From a bacterium (lineage in GTDB: Bacteria > Patescibacteriota > Minisyncoccia > JBBINA01): 64,000 nucleotides of DNA. Below, one piece after another: positions 37,488 through 46,554 of the stretch. The DNA lies in NCBI GenBank assembly GCA_037444125.1, contig JBBINA010000003.1:3167-67166 (forward strand), written 5' to 3'. Numbering within the stretch: position 1 is the stretch's first letter; each line of letters opens with the position of its first letter. Made by a program: the position numbers and the translations under genes. The notes below the pieces were generated by a model, which did not search any database, was not told the origin of the DNA, and saw only the letters and a program-made list of their open reading frames with translations.

Positions 37488-39077
37488 ATGGCTGAACAAA
37501 TAACAATAATCGGGGCAACTGACTTTCGCGGCCAAAAAATAAAGTTCGGTATAAAAAAAGATGACCGTCGTCGCCATTTATATATTATTGGAAAAACTGG
37601 TATGGGTAAAACAACACTTCTTGAAAACCTGGCTATTCAAGATATACAAAATGGCAACGGTCTATGCGTGGTTGATCCGCACGGCGAATTCGCTGATAAA
37701 CTCCTTGATTATGTGCCAGCTAATCGCATAAAAGATGTCGTCTATTTTAATCCTTCAGACACTAATTACCCTATTGGCTTCAATGTTATGTCGACTGAGA
37801 ATCAAGAAGAGCGTTATCTTATCGCTTCGGGCTTAATGGGGGTTTTTAAAAAGATATGGCCTGATGTTTGGTCGCCACGAATGGAATATATTCTCAATAA
37901 TACTATTTTATCTTTATTGGAAATGCCCGGTATGACGCTATTAGGCATTAATAGAATGCTGGGCGAAACCGATTATCGAAAACAAATAATCCAACGTTTA
38001 AAAGATCCAGTGGTTAAAACCTTCTGGGTTAATGAATTTGCCAAATACTCGCCATCGTTCCAAACAGAAGCCGTAGCCGCTATCCAAAATAAGGCTGGAC
38101 AATTTATCACTAATCCTCTGGTGCGAAATATTGTCGGTCAAATGGAGAATAAAATTAACATGCGTGAAATAATGGACGGCCAAAAAATTTTAATTGTCAA
38201 TCTCTCTAAGGGAAAAATTGGCGAAGACAACTCCAGTCTTCTGGGCGGTATGATTATTACAAAACTACAACTAGCTGCTATGTCGCGAGTCGATACTCCA
38301 GAAAATCTGCGCAAAGACTTTTATTTATATGTCGATGAGTTCCAAAATTTCGCCACCGAGTCTTTTATTAATATTTTATCAGAAGCCCGAAAATACCGAC
38401 TTTGCCTAACATTAGCTCATCAATACATCGCCCAACTAACTGATAAGGGCGTCAATAAGAGTACAGGCGTGAGGGATGCTATTTTCGGCAATGTCGGCAC
38501 AATTATTTCCTTCAGGGTAGGAGGCGAAGATGCAGAGTTTTTAGAAAAAGAGTTCTTTCCCGAATTCACCAAATTAGATTTTGTAAATCTGCCAAAATAT
38601 AAAATTTATCTAAGGCTTATGATAGACGGTGTGGTTTCTAGACCATTTTCAGCTGAAACTTTGCCCCCTCTTCCCAAACCAACCAAAACTTACCGCAAAG
38701 AAATTATTGACTTTAGCCGCAAAACCTATGGAGTCGCCCGAGAAACCGTTGATGTATTTGTGGCTGAATGGATGAGTATAGAAAAACTAGATGATGAAAA
38801 AATAGAAAGAGCTTTTAAACAGCATGTTACCAAATTATATGATGCTGTCTGCGCTAATTGCCAGAAAAAAACCAAACTCATTTTTGAACCTCGTCCAAAT
38901 GAACCAGTTTTTTGCCGCAAGTGTTATAAAAATAAAGCCGAATCTAGTACCCGCAAGCCAACACAGCAAGCTAGAAAAAAACCTATACCAAAAACCACAG
39001 AAGAAGATCAATCTAAAACTCTTAAAAATCTTTTGTTAGAAGCTATTAAAATGAAAGGCGAAAAACCTAAACAATAA
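37488..39077 (+). CDS. VirD4/TraD/HerA-like P-loop ATPase (type IV coupling-protein family) with C-terminal CxxC-x17-CxxC domain
   Basis: HLYIIGKTGMGKTT (Walker A), VDPHGE, LYVDEFQNF (Walker B), LSEARKY...HQY; CANC..17..CRKC. Confidence 0.85.
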   Translation: MAEQITIIGATDFRGQKIKFGIKKDDRRRHLYIIGKTGMGKTTLLENLAIQDIQNGNGLCVVDPHGEFADKLLDYVPANRIKDVVYFNPSDTNYPIGFNVMSTENQEERYLIASGLMGVFKKIWPDVWSPRMEYILNNTILSLLEMPGMTLLGINRMLGETDYRKQIIQRLKDPVVKTFWVNEFAKYSPSFQTEAVAAIQNKAGQFITNPLVRNIVGQMENKINMREIMDGQKILIVNLSKGKIGEDNSSLLGGMIITKLQLAAMSRVDTPENLRKDFYLYVDEFQNFATESFINILSEARKYRLCLTLAHQYIAQLTDKGVNKSTGVRDAIFGNVGTIISFRVGGEDAEFLEKEFFPEFTKLDFVNLPKYKIYLRLMIDGVVSRPFSAETLPPLPKPTKTYRKEIIDFSRKTYGVARETVDVFVAEWMSIEKLDDEKIERAFKQHVTKLYDAVCANCQKKTKLIFEPRPNEPVFCRKCYKNKAESSTRKPTQQARKKPIPKTTEEDQSKTLKNLLLEAIKMKGEKPKQ

Positions 39078-39173
39078 GACCATTTTTATTAAGTATTTTT
39101 ATTAATTATTTGAAAAATCAACCCAATATCAAGTATAATGTATTTCATAAAATAAATTACTAAATAAGTTAAT

Positions 39174-39515
39174 ATGTCAGACAATAAAGCAGCCGTAATC
39201 AAACTAGGCGGCCATCAATATTTTGTAGTCGAAAATCAAGAACTTTTAGTCGATAAAATTGGTAATTTGGCCGATAACAAAACCAAGTCGTTCAAAATAA
39301 ACGAAGTTCTGTTGATTAAAAACGACCAAAAAGTTATTGTCGGCAAACCATTAATTAAGGACTGTTATGTCGAAATCCAAAATTTAGGAGAACATAAAGG
39401 CAAAAAGGTCACTATTTTCAAAATGAAACCAAAGAAAAGATATCATGTTAAAAAAAGCCATCGTCAAAAATATTGGAAAATAAAAATTCTCAAAATTTCT
39501 GAGCCTAAAAAATAA
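39174..39515 (+). CDS. rplU: 50S ribosomal protein L21
   Basis: AVIKLGGHQYFV, VGKPLI, KGKKVTIFKMKPKKRY...SHRQ. Confidence 0.92.
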   Translation: MSDNKAAVIKLGGHQYFVVENQELLVDKIGNLADNKTKSFKINEVLLIKNDQKVIVGKPLIKDCYVEIQNLGEHKGKKVTIFKMKPKKRYHVKKSHRQKYWKIKILKISEPKK

Positions 39516-39558
39516 AATAAATTTTGTTCAAACCTTAAACCAAATATTGCACCAAAAA

Positions 39559-39840
39559 TCACTCGGACTTTTCTTTTTCTAAAGACTGAGAAAAATGCTC
39601 ATTTATCAAGTCCTTAAATTCAGTCCAGCTAGCTACACCAGCTTCTTTAACCATTTGGTCTTTCTCTTCATCTGTAAAATACTGACCCAATTCTTCCCTA
39701 TCGCCTCCAAAAGCCTCCTCGGAAATTTTCGAAACTTTTCTTTTTAAAATTTCCATTGCTTTTTCTCTTAGGGCTTTACGCTTTTCCAATTCTTCCCGAT
39801 TAAATTCAGAATTTAATTTTTCTTCTTTAAATTCTTCCAT
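39559..39840 (-). CDS. Hypothetical small acidic protein
   Basis: Strong SD AGGGAGGTG upstream; 93-aa Glu/Lys-rich ORF. Confidence 0.65.
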   Translation of the reverse strand: MEEFKEEKLNSEFNREELEKRKALREKAMEILKRKVSKISEEAFGGDREELGQYFTDEEKDQMVKEAGVASWTEFKDLINEHFSQSLEKEKSE

Positions 39841-39904
39841 AAATAATACACCTCCCTTATTTATATATTAATAAATTATAAAAAAAAGCAACCAGATTAG
39901 CTCG

Positions 39905-40546
39905 CTATTTTGCAGATCGAAACTTAACCCTTCTTGTCAATGATTCTCTTAATGTTTCCTTATCAAAGTATTCAATTTCTCCACCAGAAGGAATACCGCG
40001 CGCTATCCTAGTAACCTTTAGTCCAAAAGGCGCGATAATTTCATTTAGAAAAAGCGCTCTTAGTTCTCCCTCGCGAGTTGGACTAAATCCAAGTATAATT
40101 TCAAGCTCATCTTTGGAATATTTACGTAGGAGACCCTTTATTCGCCTAAGTAGCTTCTTAATGTGAGGATTATTAGACCTACTAAGCTCTTTAATTGGAG
40201 CCTCTCCAATAATATGGTAAAGACCGTTATAGATTTTTAAACTTTCTATCCGTTCTAATTCTGATATTTTTTCTAGCACCATAACTGAAGTTTGTTTTCG
40301 TTCAGGTCTTTGGCAAATTGTACATAGAGCCTGACTAACAAAGCTGTTTTTTTTTGGAGCGACATTGGAACAAACAGAACAAACTGTTGTTTCCTTTTTT
40401 AATCTAGCTATTAAACGCGCTAATTCCTGCAATTTTTCTTCTTTCTCTTTTAATAAATAAAAAACGATTCTAGCCGCCTGACGCTTTGTTATATCCGGTA
40501 AGGCATCAAAAGATTCTATAAGTTGTTCGATGTGTTTTGGTAACAT
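39905..40546 (-). CDS. recR: Recombination mediator RecR (divergent)
   Basis: CSVCSN..CTIC zinc finger, GLYHII, TRIARGIPSGGEIEY.D.ETL. Confidence 0.88.
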   Translation of the reverse strand: MLPKHIEQLIESFDALPDITKRQAARIVFYLLKEKEEKLQELARLIARLKKETTVCSVCSNVAPKKNSFVSQALCTICQRPERKQTSVMVLEKISELERIESLKIYNGLYHIIGEAPIKELSRSNNPHIKKLLRRIKGLLRKYSKDELEIILGFSPTREGELRALFLNEIIAPFGLKVTRIARGIPSGGEIEYFDKETLRESLTRRVKFRSAK

Positions 40547-40550
40547 AAAT

Positions 40551-41924
40551 TTATTCGTATTGCTCGCTGGCTAATGACTCAAACGACGTAGTTGCTGAAT
40601 CAAAATAAAGATTAACTTTACCTGTAGGACCATTTCTATGTTTAGCCACAATTATCTCAACGATATCTTGTTTTGTTTCTTCTTTTTTGGCAAATGGCTT
40701 GTGAATAAAAATCACCACATCGGCATCTTGTTCTATTGAGCCAGACTGACGCAAATCCGAAAGCTTTGGTCTAGCGTCGCTTCTATATTCTGTTCGTCGA
40801 GAAAGTTGAGATAATGCTATAATCGGTATGTCTAGTTCCCTGGCTAAACCCTTTAAACCTCTAGAAATCTCTGAAATTTGCTGAACTTCATTATCACGGG
40901 GCGTAAGCGGACTCATCAATTGCAAATAATCAACGATAAGGAGGTCTAGATCTCTTTCAGCTTTAAGACGCCTGGCCATCCCTCTCATTTGAAAAATATT
41001 CAACGATGGGCTATCGTCAATATAAATAGGGGCATTATAAAGCTCATTTAAGGCGTGATCTAAAGCTTTTCTTTCTTTATCGGCTATCTTGCCAACTCTC
41101 AACTTCCATAGATTTATGCGCCCAGATACAGCCAACAACCTATCAACAAGTTGCTCCTTAGACATTTCCAAACTAAAAATACCGACTACTCTTTTCTTTT
41201 CCGCCGCTAGGTAGCGAGCAATATTTAACGCCAATGCCGTTTTACCCAAAGACGGTCGCGCTCCTAAAATTATCAGATCTGATTTATGTAAACCGCCTAA
41301 TAAATTATCCAGCTCCGGAAAACCGGTTAATAAACCTTTAAGCTCGCCTTTACCTTCAGAAATAGCCAACAACCTTTCAAACTCTGCACTAACAAAGCTC
41401 CTAAGTTCAAGCAGCGATTTAGAACTTGAACGCTGGCTAATTCTGAAAATCACTTTTTCAGCTTCGTCTAAAATCTCTTCAATAGGTCTTGTAGCCTCGA
41501 AAGAGCTACCTAATATCTCATAGGCTGCATTGATTAAATCTCGAAGGACTTTCTTCTCATAAACTATTTTAGCATAATCAACTAAATTTACGCTCGTCGC
41601 CAATGTCTCAACTAAATCAGTTATATAGGTCACCCCACCGCATTTATCAAGAACCTGCCACTGTTCAAGCTTGTTGGTAATAGTAATTATATCTATAGCT
41701 TCCCCAGCTGCATAAATTTCTTTCATTGCTCTAAATATCTCGCGATGTGCTGGTTTATAAAAATCATCTTCTGTAATATTATCAACAATCCTAGACATTC
41801 CCTGCTGATCAATCAAAATAGAACCAAGTAATCCTCGTTCTGCTTCAATACTATGGGGCATTACCTTTAAATCTAAACTTTCAATAAATTTATCTTTGGT
41901 CCTGGTTTCTCTTTTTAAAGCCAC
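40551..41924 (-). CDS. dnaB: Replicative DNA helicase
   Basis: PHSIEAE, GARPSLGKT, FSLEMS, IVDYLQLM, LSQLSR, SDLRQSGSIEQDAD, KHRNGPTG. Confidence 0.97.
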   Translation of the reverse strand: MALKRETRTKDKFIESLDLKVMPHSIEAERGLLGSILIDQQGMSRIVDNITEDDFYKPAHREIFRAMKEIYAAGEAIDIITITNKLEQWQVLDKCGGVTYITDLVETLATSVNLVDYAKIVYEKKVLRDLINAAYEILGSSFEATRPIEEILDEAEKVIFRISQRSSSKSLLELRSFVSAEFERLLAISEGKGELKGLLTGFPELDNLLGGLHKSDLIILGARPSLGKTALALNIARYLAAEKKRVVGIFSLEMSKEQLVDRLLAVSGRINLWKLRVGKIADKERKALDHALNELYNAPIYIDDSPSLNIFQMRGMARRLKAERDLDLLIVDYLQLMSPLTPRDNEVQQISEISRGLKGLARELDIPIIALSQLSRRTEYRSDARPKLSDLRQSGSIEQDADVVIFIHKPFAKKEETKQDIVEIIVAKHRNGPTGKVNLYFDSATTSFESLASEQYE

Positions 41925-42047
41925 AAAGGTTTTATAAAGTTTATTTAAATCACATTATCATACAGCCATCAAATATCAAAAACAAGGTAATAATATAAAC
42001 CTTGTTTTTAGTTATTAATATAAAAATGGTGGAAAATAATGTGGGTT

Positions 42048-42248
42048 TTATCTTAACATAAAGGGGAGAAGCCCTAAATATCTTGCTCGCTTAATGGCTC
42101 TTTTTAATTTTCGCTGACAAGTAAAACAGCTACCTGTTTTTTGGGCACTTAAAATCTTGCCCGTAGTGCTCATATAATTTTTTAACAAGGGCACATCCTT
42201 GTAAGTTATTTTATCAATATTTTTGGTGCAAAAATAACAACCTCGCAT
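42048..42248 (-). CDS. rpsR: 30S ribosomal protein S18 (Zn-binding form)
   Basis: CYFC..I.YKDV.LL..GKI..TG.C..CQR.L.RAIKRAR.LGLLPF. Confidence 0.95.
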   Translation of the reverse strand: MRGCYFCTKNIDKITYKDVPLLKNYMSTTGKILSAQKTGSCFTCQRKLKRAIKRARYLGLLPFMLR

Positions 42249-42268
42249 ATTTTTAAAAATTAATTTAT

Positions 42269-42733
42269 TTAGAAAGGGATATCTTCAACATTAATCTCAT
42301 CATTACTATCATCATTTTGGTTCTCCTGTTTTTCTGATGAAATTGTATCTTCTACTTCTTCTTGAGTTTCGGAGCTAACCAGTGGCCGCTCTTCGGACTC
42401 GCCCACCGTACGCGGGCCAAGCTGAAGCTCCTCAGCAACTATCTCTGTTCTTTTATGAGTAACCCCATCTTGTCCTTGCCAACTTCTTGTTTGCAAACGG
42501 CCAACTATTAAACATAAACTGCCTTTTTTCAGGTACTGAGAAGCCACTTCACCTAATCTACCGAACAAAACTATATGATGAAATTCGGCTAACATTTTAC
42601 GATTGCCATCTGGATCCATGCGCAGCGAATTAGTAGCTAAACCGATATTAACCACTGTTTTACCTGAAGGCGTTACCCGTAATTCTGGATCTCGCGTAAG
42701 TCTCCCTAATAAGAAGACTTTATTTAGATTCAT
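42269..42733 (-). CDS. ssb: Single-stranded DNA-binding protein
   Basis: NKVFLLGRLTRDPELR, GRLQTRSW, acidic tail ending EDIPF. Confidence 0.97.
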   Translation of the reverse strand: MNLNKVFLLGRLTRDPELRVTPSGKTVVNIGLATNSLRMDPDGNRKMLAEFHHIVLFGRLGEVASQYLKKGSLCLIVGRLQTRSWQGQDGVTHKRTEIVAEELQLGPRTVGESEERPLVSSETQEEVEDTISSEKQENQNDDSNDEINVEDIPF

Positions 42734-42762
42734 TAAACTAATTAGAGGTTATTGCTGTCTTG

Positions 42763-43218
42763 TTATAAAGTTTCTTTGAAGATGTCCTCAAGTTTCTTAT
42801 CAATTTCTTTTATTGGCACTTTAGCTTTCTTTTTGGCCCGTTTAAATTTCTTAGCTGAAGTTGGTCTTATCTCTTTTTCTGGCTGCTTTTCCTCAGTCTC
42901 AGGCTTTACTTTAGCCACAGTTTCATCTTGCCTAAAAATCATATGCCTCAAAATCTCTTTTTGCAGATTAAAATACTTGGTTAAATTAGACATAGTTGAA
43001 GTGCTGGCTTTAAAATATATCGTGTAAAAAAATCCGTCATCCTGCTTTTTGATCGGATAAGCTAGCGTAATTTTACCATTATTTTCAACATTCATCACTT
43101 CGACTTTGTGCATTTTCATATAATCAACAATAGTAGTAGATAAATACTTCTCAGCTTCTTCCTGAGTAAACCTAGGAGTTAATATAACAGGCATTTCATA
43201 GCTTCGTTTGGTTTTCAT
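42763..43218 (-). CDS. rpsF: 30S ribosomal protein S6 with basic C-terminal extension
   Basis: RSYEM..IL.P, GKITLAYPIKK...GFF, ILRHMI; first gene of rpsF-ssb-rpsR. The TTG at 43299 in the ORF track is the -35 box, so the start is set at ATG 43218. Confidence 0.88.
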   Translation of the reverse strand: MKTKRSYEMPVILTPRFTQEEAEKYLSTTIVDYMKMHKVEVMNVENNGKITLAYPIKKQDDGFFYTIYFKASTSTMSNLTKYFNLQKEILRHMIFRQDETVAKVKPETEEKQPEKEIRPTSAKKFKRAKKKAKVPIKEIDKKLEDIFKETL

Positions 43219-43270
43219 AATATATAATAAATATAATAATTGAATGGCTCTAAAAGAATTAATCGGAAAC

Positions 43271-43299
43271 ATTATAACACAAGTCGCTTTTTTTTTCAA
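43271..43299 (-). promoter_or_regulatory. Promoter of rpsF-ssb-rpsR
   Basis: TTGAAA-N17-TATAAT with extended -10 TG. Confidence 0.65.
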
Positions 43300-43350
43300 A
43301 TTTAGACCAATAGTTCAATTTAAGTACTAAATTAAACAATTAGCAATAGC

Positions 43351-43379
43351 TTGAAAAAAAAATAAAAAGTTAGTATGAT
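43351..43379 (+). promoter_or_regulatory. Promoter of rpmE-prfA
   Basis: TTGAAA-N17-TATGAT. Confidence 0.55.
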
Positions 43380-43412
43380 AACACTTCTTAAGAAATTAGC
43401 TAATCTTTTATT

Positions 43413-43640
43413 ATGAAACCAAAAATTCATCCTATTTACTATCCCAATGCCAAAGTTACCTGTGGCTGCGGGAATACTTTTAAGGTTGGTTCGGTCTTAA
43501 AAGAAATGAAAATAGAATTTTGTTCAAAATGTCATCCGGCTTTTACCGGCGTAAAAAAATTTATTGATACGACCCACAGGATTGAGAAGTTTAAAGAAAA
43601 AATGTCCCGAATCCAAAAAATGAAAAAAAGTAACTCCTAG
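43413..43640 (+). CDS. rpmE: 50S ribosomal protein L31 (Zn-binding type A)
   Basis: MKPKIHP.Y, CGCGN, CSKCHPAFTG. Confidence 0.96.
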   Translation: MKPKIHPIYYPNAKVTCGCGNTFKVGSVLKEMKIEFCSKCHPAFTGVKKFIDTTHRIEKFKEKMSRIQKMKKSNS

Positions 43641-43657
43641 AATTAAAAGATTGTGCT

Positions 43658-44422
43658 ATGTTACCGCACCAATCAAATGATTATTCAAAGATTGTTTTAG
43701 AAATAAGGCAAGGCGTAGGAGGGGACGAGGCTAGTCTTTTTGTAGTTGATCTAATTCAAGCTTATCGAAAATATGCCGAAAAACACGGTTTAGTTTTTTC
43801 ACTAGAAGACGCAGTGAAAAATAGTTTAGGCGGCATTAAGGAAGCTGTAATCGAAATTTCAGGTAAAAATGCTTTCCAACTTTTTAAATATGAAGGCGGC
43901 GTTCATCGTGTTCAAAGAATACCCCAAACTGAACGCTATGGCAGGATTCATACATCCACTGTTTCAGTAGTTGTCATCCCATATACTGAAAATAAAACGG
44001 GAAATATCTCAATAGACCAACGAGATTTAAAAATAACAACTTTTCGCGCTTCTGGACCTGGCGGGCAATATGTAAACAAAACAGATTCGGCTGTACGCAT
44101 AACTCATATCCCAACTAATATCACTGTCGTTTCTCAAGATGAACGTTCGCAACATAAAAATAGAGAAAAAGCGATGAAAATTTTAAAATTAAAACTTTAT
44201 CTTCTACAACAACATAAGCACCAACAAGAAATAGATTCATTAAGAAGAAATCAGATTAAAACACAGGAAAGGTCTTTTAAAATACGCACTTACAATTATA
44301 AACAGAATCGCATCACTGATCATCGTATCCACAAAAGCTTTCACAATTTACAACACATTTTAAGCGGCAATCTTGATATTATTGTTAAGGAAAACGCAAA
44401 ATACGCCACTGAAAACAAATAA
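43658..44422 (+). CDS. prfA: Peptide chain release factor 1, lacking N-terminal domain 1
   Basis: LEIRQGVGGDEASLF, EGGVHRVQRIPQTE (PxT), GRIHTST, GPGGQYVNKTDSAVR, KIRTYN..QNRITDHRI; only 254 aa. Confidence 0.9.
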   Translation: MLPHQSNDYSKIVLEIRQGVGGDEASLFVVDLIQAYRKYAEKHGLVFSLEDAVKNSLGGIKEAVIEISGKNAFQLFKYEGGVHRVQRIPQTERYGRIHTSTVSVVVIPYTENKTGNISIDQRDLKITTFRASGPGGQYVNKTDSAVRITHIPTNITVVSQDERSQHKNREKAMKILKLKLYLLQQHKHQQEIDSLRRNQIKTQERSFKIRTYNYKQNRITDHRIHKSFHNLQHILSGNLDIIVKENAKYATENK

Positions 44423-44495
44423 TAGATCTTTAAAATAAAATCGGTCGACAAAATATTAATTTGTAAAAATAATTAAAAATCGGGGGGTTCTTATT

Positions 44496-45113
44496 ATGGT
44501 GAAAAACGATGAGCCTTTATATGAGAAAATAGTTCGCTCGCTAAAAGAAAACTTCAGTCTTATTGTCCTGCCCGTTATAGCAATCATAGTTTTAGCAACA
44601 GGTATCTATCTTTATTCGAAACAAAAAGCTCAGCTTTCGGTGCAAGATATTGCTAATGTTATTTCCCAACGCGAAATAACTAGCGAAACTGAAGAAAAAC
44701 CCGCCCAAGAAGAAGTCAAAACAGATGAAAAAGTCGCCGTGACAGAAACTCTTAAACCTGAGCCAACTCCCAATAAAACCCAAACAACAACAGAAGAAAC
44801 CAAATATACCTATGTTGCCAAAAAAGGAGAAGGAACAACGCATCTAGCACGCTATGCCATCAAAGATTATCTCCTTAATGATGCTACGGGCAAAACAATT
44901 AAAAATAAACTTACCCCTGAACATAAAGTATACGCCGAAGACTACATTAAAGATGTAGTCAATAAAAGTTCGCTTAAGGTTGGCGAAAAAATAATTTTTT
45001 CTCAAGACCTTATCCAAGAAGCTGTCAATAAATCACTTAACTTAAGCGATAAACAGCTAGCCAACCTAAAACAGTTCTCTAATAAAATTGTTTCATTTAA
45101 CCTCAATTATTAG
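44496..45113 (+). CDS. Membrane-anchored hypothetical protein with possible LysM-like domain
   Basis: One TM, Glu/Thr-rich linker, YTYVAKKGEGTTHLAR..LKVGEKIIF. Confidence 0.6.
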   Translation: MVKNDEPLYEKIVRSLKENFSLIVLPVIAIIVLATGIYLYSKQKAQLSVQDIANVISQREITSETEEKPAQEEVKTDEKVAVTETLKPEPTPNKTQTTTEETKYTYVAKKGEGTTHLARYAIKDYLLNDATGKTIKNKLTPEHKVYAEDYIKDVVNKSSLKVGEKIIFSQDLIQEAVNKSLNLSDKQLANLKQFSNKIVSFNLNY

Positions 45114-45133
45114 TATTAGTTCCTTTTTCCTAT

Positions 45134-45172
45134 AAACAAAACTCTCGCCCTAAACAAGCGGGAGTTTTGTTT
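45134..45172. terminator. Bidirectional intrinsic terminator
   Basis: AAACAAAACTCTCGC-loop-GCGGGAGTTTTGTTT between convergent genes. Confidence 0.75.
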
Positions 45173-45177
45173 TATAA

Positions 45178-46554
45178 CTAATTTTGTCTCTCCAAAATAT
45201 CAATTTCTTTTTGGTAATAATCGGTCAGGTCCATAATAGAATCGCCATAAAAATAGTAACGCGGTTGGTTCCAACGTGATCCAGCAAAATACATCTGAAC
45301 CGCTTTCCATTCGCTTTTCTTATTACCAAAAACGGCTCCAAGATCTTTTAATTTTAACGCCGCACCTATAATAGCATCGCCAAAATTAAACGGTGAAGGC
45401 GGATTACGACCTACAATTTCGGCAATCCTATTTTTATAAGCAAGCCAGGTGCTTGGCAAAAATTGCGCTGGTCCCAAAGCACCGCCACAGCCGTAATCAG
45501 GCGCCTTAGAAACCTGAATAATATTAGCATCAAGTTTTAACTCCTGCATAATAGTAAAAAGGGCTTCTTTCTCTTGTTGGGCTTTGCTAATCTTGCCCAA
45601 AGACATATAACAATCATACAAATCAGTTTTCCAATTACCTTTACCAATATTAGCCCCCCATTCTGACTCTTTTTTCAACAAAGCTAATAAAAAAGCCGCC
45701 CTAACACCAGTTTTTTCTTCAGCATATTTAGCGTTTTTATAGGCATCGGCAAATGACATTTTTACGCCTAAACCTTCTAACACATATAACTGCTGTTTTA
45801 TTCTCTCAATATCGTCTTTGGTTATCTCGATAGTATTTTCATAAGACTTTTGTGCCTCTCGTATCTCGAAAAGAATACGTTCTTTGTTGCTTTTTTTTAA
45901 AGCCAATTCTCTTTTCTGAACAACAACCAATGCTTTTAATTCATTCATCTCTTCTTTGCGTTCCCTTAACTCCGCAATTTTTTGTTCTTTTTGAGCTTTA
46001 AGTTCCTTTAAATGAGCAACACGGGCATTAATTCTCTCCTGTATAGATTCTAAATGTTGCATGTTGCTAAAAACGCCAGAAAGGGTGGCGTTCAAAAAAA
46101 ACAGGCGAAAAACAGAAAAATTACTTTTAATTTCGTTTAAATCCCTTAAAAGCTGACTAATAATTTTCTTCTCCAAAAGCATGTTTTTCGTCAAATTCTC
46201 AATATCAATCTCGCTTTCAAAAATGCTATTTTTAGCCACTTCTATTTCGTAATTAAGCCTCTCTATCTCTAGATTCAATCTGTTAATTGAAAAATCTATG
46301 TTCTTGAGATCGTTAATTGTCGACTTCTCTCTTGATTTTTCTTCTTCAATTCTTTGGCGTAAATTATTTATTTCCTGTTCCAAATACTGAATCTTTTCAC
46401 GATAATACTTTTTCAGTTCTTCCTTATCTAAAGCATCTTGGGCTCTTGCAATATGACCAAAAGTAATAAAAAAAAATAAGCCAATAAGAAAAAAATTATA
46501 AATAGTTTTTTTGAAAAAATAGTTCACCTTACTTTTTTGTTGGTCATTTCTCAT
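45178..46554 (-). CDS. Secreted coiled-coil protein with C-terminal lytic transglycosylase-like domain
   Basis: Signal peptide (ARA-Q), long coiled coil, ALLKKESEWG (catalytic Glu-Ser), GALGPAQFLPSTW; start set at ATG 46554. Confidence 0.75.
   Translation of the reverse strand: MRNDQQKSKVNYFFKKTIYNFFLIGLFFFITFGHIARAQDALDKEELKKYYREKIQYLEQEINNLRQRIEEEKSREKSTINDLKNIDFSINRLNLEIERLNYEIEVAKNSIFESEIDIENLTKNMLLEKKIISQLLRDLNEIKSNFSVFRLFFLNATLSGVFSNMQHLESIQERINARVAHLKELKAQKEQKIAELRERKEEMNELKALVVVQKRELALKKSNKERILFEIREAQKSYENTIEITKDDIERIKQQLYVLEGLGVKMSFADAYKNAKYAEEKTGVRAAFLLALLKKESEWGANIGKGNWKTDLYDCYMSLGKISKAQQEKEALFTIMQELKLDANIIQVSKAPDYGCGGALGPAQFLPSTWLAYKNRIAEIVGRNPPSPFNFGDAIIGAALKLKDLGAVFGNKKSEWKAVQMYFAGSRWNQPRYYFYGDSIMDLTDYYQKEIDILERQN

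Noticed and set aside
43219-43270. S6:S18 autoregulatory leader upstream of rpsF
   Set aside because: No CCC-containing stem or SD to sequester is visible.
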